This document shows, piece by piece, positions 59,012 through 64,000 of a DNA stretch of 64,000 nt; the first letter of the stretch is position 1, and every line of letters begins with the position of its first letter. Origin of the DNA: Clostridiales bacterium. Lineage in GTDB: Bacteria > Bacillota > Clostridia > Christensenellales > QALW01. The DNA lies in NCBI GenBank assembly GCA_015069575.1, contig SVIH01000004.1:54859-118858 (forward strand), given 5' to 3'. Below the pieces are notes generated by a model. The model saw only the letters and a program-made list of their open reading frames with translations. It was not told where the DNA came from and made no database searches. Position numbers and translations under genes: made by a program.

Positions 59012-60178
59012 ATGACAGAGATTTTAAAGCTTAATTCCATCGCAAATGTAGTTAAAGAAAATTTAACAAGCGACAAATATTCAATTACAGAGGATGCAAA
59101 AAATCCTGTTGGTATTCTTGTTCGCAGCGCCGATATGCTTTCTTATGATTTTCCTGAAAGTATTCTGGCTGTTGCAAGGGCAGGCGCAGGCGTAAACAAT
59201 ATTCCTTGCGATGTTTGCGCACAAAAAGGTATTGTTGTTTTCAACACACCCGGCGCAAACGCTAATGCAGTTAAAGAAATGGTGCTTGGCGCTATGATTG
59301 CCGCAAGCAGAAACATTGTTGAGGCTTCTGACTGGGCAAAAACCCTCAAAGGCAACGGCGATCAGGTTGGCAAAATGGCTGAAAAAGGTAAAGGTCAGTT
59401 CGTTGGCCCTGAAATTATGGGCAAAACCTTGGGTGTTATTGGCTTAGGCGCTATCGGCGGTCTTGTTGCAAACGCAGCGGTTAGCTTAGGTATGAATGTT
59501 ATCGGTTATGACCCCTTTGTTTCAGTTGAAGCTGCATGGAAACTTTCCCGTGCGGTAAAAAAAGCTGACGATTTAGAAGAAATTTACGCAAAGTGCGATA
59601 TTATTTCACTTCACGTTCCCCAAATTGACGCTACTAAGGGTATGATTAATAACGATACAATCGCAAAGATGAAGGATGGCGTTATTATTCTTAACTTTGC
59701 CCGTGGCGGTCTTATTAAGGATGCTGATGTTATTTCTGCCTGTGAAAGTGGTAAAATATATAAATACGCTACCGATTTTGCAAGCGATGCTTTAATCGGC
59801 GCTAAAAATGTAGTTGTATTCCCACACCTTGGTGCTTCTACCCCCGAAAGCGAAGATAACTGTGCAGTTATGGCTTCAAAGGAATTAAAAGAGTTTATTG
59901 AAAACGGCAACATCATAAACAGTGTAAACTACCCAAATGTAACACTTAACAAAACAGGTAATGCGCGTATTACCGTTATGCACAAGAACACAAGCAATAT
60001 GGTTGGCAGAATTACTGCTGCTATTGCTTCAAGCGGCGAAAACATCAGCGGTATGATTAACGCTTCAAAGGGCGATTATGCTTATACAATTATTGATATT
60101 GATAACGAATTCAAGCCTGAAGTTGTTGATTTCATTAAGGCTATTGAAGATATTATCCGCGTTCGTGTTATTTCTTAA
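59012..60178 (+). CDS. serA: D-3-phosphoglycerate dehydrogenase (with C-terminal ACT domain)
   Basis: 388 aa from ATG 59012 (GAGGA RBS); NAD motif GVIGLGAIGG; catalytic R/E/H context (NFARGG...FPHLGAST). Confidence 0.88.
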   Translation: MTEILKLNSIANVVKENLTSDKYSITEDAKNPVGILVRSADMLSYDFPESILAVARAGAGVNNIPCDVCAQKGIVVFNTPGANANAVKEMVLGAMIAASRNIVEASDWAKTLKGNGDQVGKMAEKGKGQFVGPEIMGKTLGVIGLGAIGGLVANAAVSLGMNVIGYDPFVSVEAAWKLSRAVKKADDLEEIYAKCDIISLHVPQIDATKGMINNDTIAKMKDGVIILNFARGGLIKDADVISACESGKIYKYATDFASDALIGAKNVVVFPHLGASTPESEDNCAVMASKELKEFIENGNIINSVNYPNVTLNKTGNARITVMHKNTSNMVGRITAAIASSGENISGMINASKGDYAYTIIDIDNEFKPEVVDFIKAIEDIIRVRVIS

Positions 60179-60184
60179 AACATT

Positions 60185-60213
60185 ATCCCGCACTTTTTGT
60201 GCGGGATTTTTTT
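60185..60213 (+). terminator. Intrinsic terminator of serCA
   Basis: ATCCCGCAC-TTTTT-GTGCGGGAT followed by TTTTTT. Confidence 0.75.
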
Positions 60214-60274
60214 ATTGTATTATTTGTCGAAATATGATAAAATACTTTTATACATAAGATAAAGAGGTGATTTT

Positions 60275-61027
60275 TTGGAATTATGGTCCCGTGAGCACGC
60301 ACTGACCCTTATTCCTGCCGTCATCATAATGCTCGGCATTTGCGTGTTATTAAGAATTTTCTTAATAAAAAAAGACATTAAATACAGAATGATTCCTTTT
60401 CAAATCATAGCCGTGTTGCTGTTTTTAATTGAAGTAGGTAAACAAGTTTATTCCTTTAAACACGGTTACGACCTTTACCATCTGCCATTTCACTTTTGCT
60501 CTTTATTCATCTTTATGTTGGCCATTTCTGCTTTTTATAAAGGCAAATACAGGGAAATAGTTTTTTCTGTAACCGCTGCCATTTGTTGTGCAACATTCTT
60601 ACTTATGATGATATACCCCTGCCTTATTTATTCAGCAGCTAATATTGTTAATTATTTTTCAGGGTATCTTGATTTTCATACGGTAACTTTTCATAATATG
60701 GTTATTTTTGAGTTTTTTGCCATTCTTTTTCTTAACCTTAATTCACCAAAAAGCAAAAGAGATACTAAGCCCATTATCTTTTTCATGGCAGGATTTTCTG
60801 TTGTTGCGGCAACGATGTCCCAATTATTAAAAACAAATTATGCAAATATGTATTCTTGCAACATTCCACCCCTTGAAAGCGTAAGGATTTTGGTACAAAA
60901 CGCTTGCGGATATATGATTGCGCAAATAATGTATGTATCTATCGTCATGCTGTTGCATATACTTTTTACGCTTATGGCGTATCATCTTTACAGATTTCTT
61001 AAATCTATTTTATTTAAAAAGCCATAA
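60275..61027 (+). CDS. Polytopic membrane protein, YwaF/TIGR02206-like
   Basis: 250 aa, ~7 TM; LPFHFCS motif recalls the LPLHLCS signature of the family; TTG start after AAAGAGGTG. Confidence 0.55.
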   Translation: MELWSREHALTLIPAVIIMLGICVLLRIFLIKKDIKYRMIPFQIIAVLLFLIEVGKQVYSFKHGYDLYHLPFHFCSLFIFMLAISAFYKGKYREIVFSVTAAICCATFLLMMIYPCLIYSAANIVNYFSGYLDFHTVTFHNMVIFEFFAILFLNLNSPKSKRDTKPIIFFMAGFSVVAATMSQLLKTNYANMYSCNIPPLESVRILVQNACGYMIAQIMYVSIVMLLHILFTLMAYHLYRFLKSILFKKP

Positions 61028-61047
61028 TTTATGGCTTTTTATTTTTT
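61017..61047 (+). terminator. Intrinsic terminator
   Basis: AAAAGCCAT-AATTT-ATGGCTTTT followed by a T-run; overlaps the stop codon. Confidence 0.6.
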
Positions 61048-61123
61048 TGTTGAAATTTGTCGTTTATTCTGTTATAATATCTTTGTATTTATTTTTTATT
61101 TATTTTAATAAGGAGGCAATTAT

Positions 61124-62008
61124 ATGCCACAAACAAAAAGAAAGCACCGCTTTGGTGATCGGCGTGACGGCAGAAAAATCCGTACCCTTCCGCCAATGCA
61201 GTATATTGCAGTAGGCATTATGCACAAAAGAAATGACGCGCAAAACCTTTTTGCATCAAGCGTTGATTACGGAAATTTACAGGATTACATTCACAAAAAA
61301 CGCGAAAAAGGTCTTGCAGGCTTTGGATTTATGCATGTTATTGTTGCCGCATATGTCCGCATGGTTTCTCAAAAACCCGCTTTAAACCGATACATTGCAG
61401 GCTGGCGCATTTTCAGCCGTGATGAAATCGTTTTAAGTATGATGGTTAAAAAAAGCATGAAAGTAAACGCTCAGGAATCTGCAATTAAAGTTCGTTTTAA
61501 CCCTACTGACACTGCTGCCGATGTTTACAGAAAAATGGAAGAAGCTATTGAAATTGCAACAAAAGATGGCGACACCAACATTTTCGATTCTGTTGCCCGT
61601 GTTATAAATGCGTTACCAAGCGTTCTTTTAAGATGGTTCGTCGCTTTTATGCAGTTTCTTGATTTCTTCGGCATTATGCCTAAAGTTATTGATGAAGCCT
61701 CACCTTTTCACGCAAGCGTTTTCATTTCAAACCTTGGCTCATTAGGAATTCCGCCAATTTATCACCACCTTTATAATTTTGGCAACACCCCCGTATTTAT
61801 TACGTTTGGCGCAAAAAGGCGTGAAAACGTATTAAATCTTGATGGCACTGTTACACAAAAAGTAATGGTTGATTATACTGTTGTTACAGATGAAAGAACA
61901 ACTGATGGCCATTACCTTGCAACCGCCTTTAAGGGTCTTGAAAAATTAATGAAAAACCCTGAAAAACTTGATGTGGCACCTGAAACAGTCGTTGAAGATA
62001 TCGATTGA
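61124..62008 (+). CDS. Stand-alone 2-oxoacid dehydrogenase E2-type acyltransferase catalytic-domain protein (noncanonical active-site motif)
   Basis: 294 aa; FISNLGSLGI (E2 SNLG motif) and TDERTTDGHYLATAFKGLEKLMKNP aligned to E2 DHRxxDGaxaarFLxxLkxllenP; no lipoyl or E3-binding domains. Confidence 0.7.
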   Translation: MPQTKRKHRFGDRRDGRKIRTLPPMQYIAVGIMHKRNDAQNLFASSVDYGNLQDYIHKKREKGLAGFGFMHVIVAAYVRMVSQKPALNRYIAGWRIFSRDEIVLSMMVKKSMKVNAQESAIKVRFNPTDTAADVYRKMEEAIEIATKDGDTNIFDSVARVINALPSVLLRWFVAFMQFLDFFGIMPKVIDEASPFHASVFISNLGSLGIPPIYHHLYNFGNTPVFITFGAKRRENVLNLDGTVTQKVMVDYTVVTDERTTDGHYLATAFKGLEKLMKNPEKLDVAPETVVEDID

Positions 62009-62017
62009 TTTCTTATT

Positions 62018-62045
62018 AAAAAAACACCCTTAAGGGTGTTTTTTT
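62018..62045. terminator. Bidirectional hairpin terminator between convergent genes
   Basis: AAAAACACCCTT/AAGGGTGTTTTT; overlaps the LysR gene 3' end. Confidence 0.65.
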
Positions 62046-62932
62046 GTTTGCACGCGCGCTTGTTCAATTAAGGAAACAAATCCTTTTGCCCACGGAGAAA
62101 GCCATCTGCTTTTATGGCAAAGTATCTGACTGTAATAATATTGGGCAGGATATTCAACATCTAGTAAAACAATTTCTTTTTTATTAACCTGCTTTTTTAC
62201 TGCGTATTCAGGCAAAAAAGCAAGCCCCATGCCGTTTTTTACTAAGTCAATTAATACTGCCACGCTGTCAATTTCAACAACATCTAACAAAGAGCAACCG
62301 TTTTGTGCCGCCATTTCTTTTAATCGGGAATAGCAGATGCCTTCTTTTTCTGTAACAACAAACTCATGCTTAAAAACTTCTTCCAAAGGAACTTTTTTTG
62401 CTTTTGAAAGAGGATGGTCAAGCGGGGCAACAAACACAAGCCTTTCTTTTTTTAAATAATAACAGTTTATATCCGGATCTGAATTTTTACTTTTTGAAAC
62501 ATATATTATATCAAGTTGATTTTGTTTGATCTGCTCAAGCAATTCAAAAGTATGCCCTGTTTTTATACTGATATTAACATTTTTATATTTGTTTTTAAAA
62601 TCAGGCAACAAATCATTAAGAACGCTGAATAAAAGAGATTCAGAAATACCTATCCTTAAAGAGCCTTTTATTTCTGTATCATTTTTATTGATTGTTTCCG
62701 CTTTTTCAAAAATATGTATTATTTCATAAGCGTAAGAAAGAAATTCCCTGCCTAAATCCGTAAGGGATATTTTTTTACCTACCCTATCAAACAAAGGAAA
62801 GCCAAGTTCTTTTTCAAGAAGTTGTATCTGCATAGTAACTGTTGATTGAACATAATTTAATTCCTGCGCTGCCTTTGTAAAATTTTTTAATTCTGCAACG
62901 CGAACAAATGTTTTTATGTTTTTAATATCCAT
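62030..62932 (-). CDS. LysR-family transcriptional regulator
   Basis: 300 aa from ATG 62932; N-terminal wHTH (FTKAAQELNYVQSTVTMQIQLLEKELG) plus LysR substrate-binding domain. Confidence 0.88.
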   Translation of the reverse strand: MDIKNIKTFVRVAELKNFTKAAQELNYVQSTVTMQIQLLEKELGFPLFDRVGKKISLTDLGREFLSYAYEIIHIFEKAETINKNDTEIKGSLRIGISESLLFSVLNDLLPDFKNKYKNVNISIKTGHTFELLEQIKQNQLDIIYVSKSKNSDPDINCYYLKKERLVFVAPLDHPLSKAKKVPLEEVFKHEFVVTEKEGICYSRLKEMAAQNGCSLLDVVEIDSVAVLIDLVKNGMGLAFLPEYAVKKQVNKKEIVLLDVEYPAQYYYSQILCHKSRWLSPWAKGFVSLIEQARVQTKKHP

Positions 62933-62945
62933 TATTTTACCTTCT

Positions 62946-62960
62946 ATCAATTTTTTTGAT
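62946..62960. promoter_or_regulatory. Possible LysR box (T-N11-A inside an inverted repeat)
   Basis: ATCAATTTTTTTGAT in the LysR/YitT divergent region, just upstream of the LysR RBS. Confidence 0.3.
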
Positions 62961-63043
62961 TATATATATCGTTTTTATTTGTTTTACAAATATATGATAA
63001 CACATTATACTATCAAAGTAAATATTTTTCAGAGGTCTTTATT

Positions 63044-63922
63044 ATGAAAAACCATTTAAAAATACTTCTTGAGTACGCATCAATTATTTCTTTGGCAATT
63101 TTGCTTGCAATAAACTATCACTTTTTTATAATAGAAAATGATTTTGCCCCTGCAGGCATTAACGGAATTGCCACCATGATACAATATAAAACAGGCTTTA
63201 GCATAAGTTATTTTTCTTTAATAATAAATGTGCCGCTTTGTATATTTGCATACTTTTTTATAAGCAAAAAATACGGTGTGAGAAGCCTTGTTTTTACCCT
63301 TGTATATTCTTTTGTATACTTGTTGTTACAACAGTTTGATATTGACCATCTTAAATACGATGCGCAGGGACACGACACCATATTTCCCGTTATTATAAGC
63401 GGTGTTTTAAGCAGTTTTGTTTGCGGTATCTGTTTTAAAAACGAAACCTCTTCAGGCGGAACTGAAACAGTATCAAAATACATAAGTAAAATTAAGCCTG
63501 ATTTTAACTTTTTTATAGTAACATTTACGATTAATGCTTTGGTTGCATTTGCCTCGTTGTTTGTTTATTCCGAAAAAGGCGTTATAAACTATAAGCCCGT
63601 TGCGCTTTGTATCTGCTATTGCTTTATCACATATTTTGTTGGAAACATAATTATCAAAGGAACAAAAAATGCTTGCAAATTTACCGTTATTACACCCTAT
63701 CCTGACGATATTATAAAGGAAATAACAACCACCTTAAAACATAGCGCCACAAAAATACTTGTTCGTGGCGGATATACAAATGAAGAAAAAACGCTTCTTT
63801 TATGCGTTGTTAACAAGCATCAGATAAACGATTTTAAAAAAATAGTTGAAAAATATCCCTCAACATTTTCCTGTAGCGAAACAGTAAACGAAACTTATGG
63901 AAACTTTAAACAAATAAAATAA
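63044..63922 (+). CDS. YitT-family membrane protein (with C-terminal DUF2179-like domain)
   Basis: 292 aa; five TM region with GG.E motif (SSGGTE); soluble C-terminal domain. Confidence 0.85.
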   Translation: MKNHLKILLEYASIISLAILLAINYHFFIIENDFAPAGINGIATMIQYKTGFSISYFSLIINVPLCIFAYFFISKKYGVRSLVFTLVYSFVYLLLQQFDIDHLKYDAQGHDTIFPVIISGVLSSFVCGICFKNETSSGGTETVSKYISKIKPDFNFFIVTFTINALVAFASLFVYSEKGVINYKPVALCICYCFITYFVGNIIIKGTKNACKFTVITPYPDDIIKEITTTLKHSATKILVRGGYTNEEKTLLLCVVNKHQINDFKKIVEKYPSTFSCSETVNETYGNFKQIK

Positions 63923-63927
63923 TAATT

Positions 63928-63963
63928 AAAAAGACCGATTCAAATCTGAATCGGTCTTTTTTT
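63928..63963 (+). terminator. Intrinsic terminator
   Basis: AAAAGACCGATTC-AAATCT-GAATCGGTCTTTT followed by TTTT. Confidence 0.75.
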
Positions 63964-64000
63964 ATCCAAATAAATATCTGAAATAATCGCTTTCCAAGCA

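Overview
Low-GC Firmicutes (Clostridia-like) chromosomal window, mostly core information-processing genes on the minus strand. These are the str operon (rpsL-rpsG-fusA), rpoB-rpoC, and a complete S10-spc-alpha ribosomal protein cluster (rpsJ through rplQ, including secY, adk, map, infA and rpmJ). Also present are rny, rsmA, an ABC-F ATPase, hom, serC-serA, ktrBA and assorted metabolic, transport and regulator genes. No transposase, integrase, CRISPR array or rRNA was seen. Accessory or unusual content: (1) A 2.5-kb restriction-modification islet lies beside a stand-alone tRNA-Pro. It pairs an HTH-fused C5 cytosine methyltransferase with a convergent small putative endonuclease. A 23-bp direct repeat sits over the methylase promoter, and there is no terminator between the two genes. 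(2) An AT-rich two-gene cassette is my best candidate for an undescribed system. It encodes a secreted CBM/Big_2/ricin-lectin protein ending in a caspase/CHAT-like His-Cys domain, translationally linked to a lipoprotein, and is bracketed by about 250-bp direct repeats that duplicate its promoter and start codon. (3) rpoB is unusually long (1417 aa), with a roughly 140-aa internal insertion and a 98-aa poly-acidic tail. (4) A 276-bp noncoding element bounded by 20-bp inverted repeats supplies the last codons of an EamA transporter gene. (5) Smaller oddities include a truncated eda remnant, a structured 200-nt S10 leader, a Cys4 variant of L24, and an E2-type acyltransferase with DERxxDG in place of DHRxxDG. 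All functional calls rest on motif recognition by eye; no database search was run.
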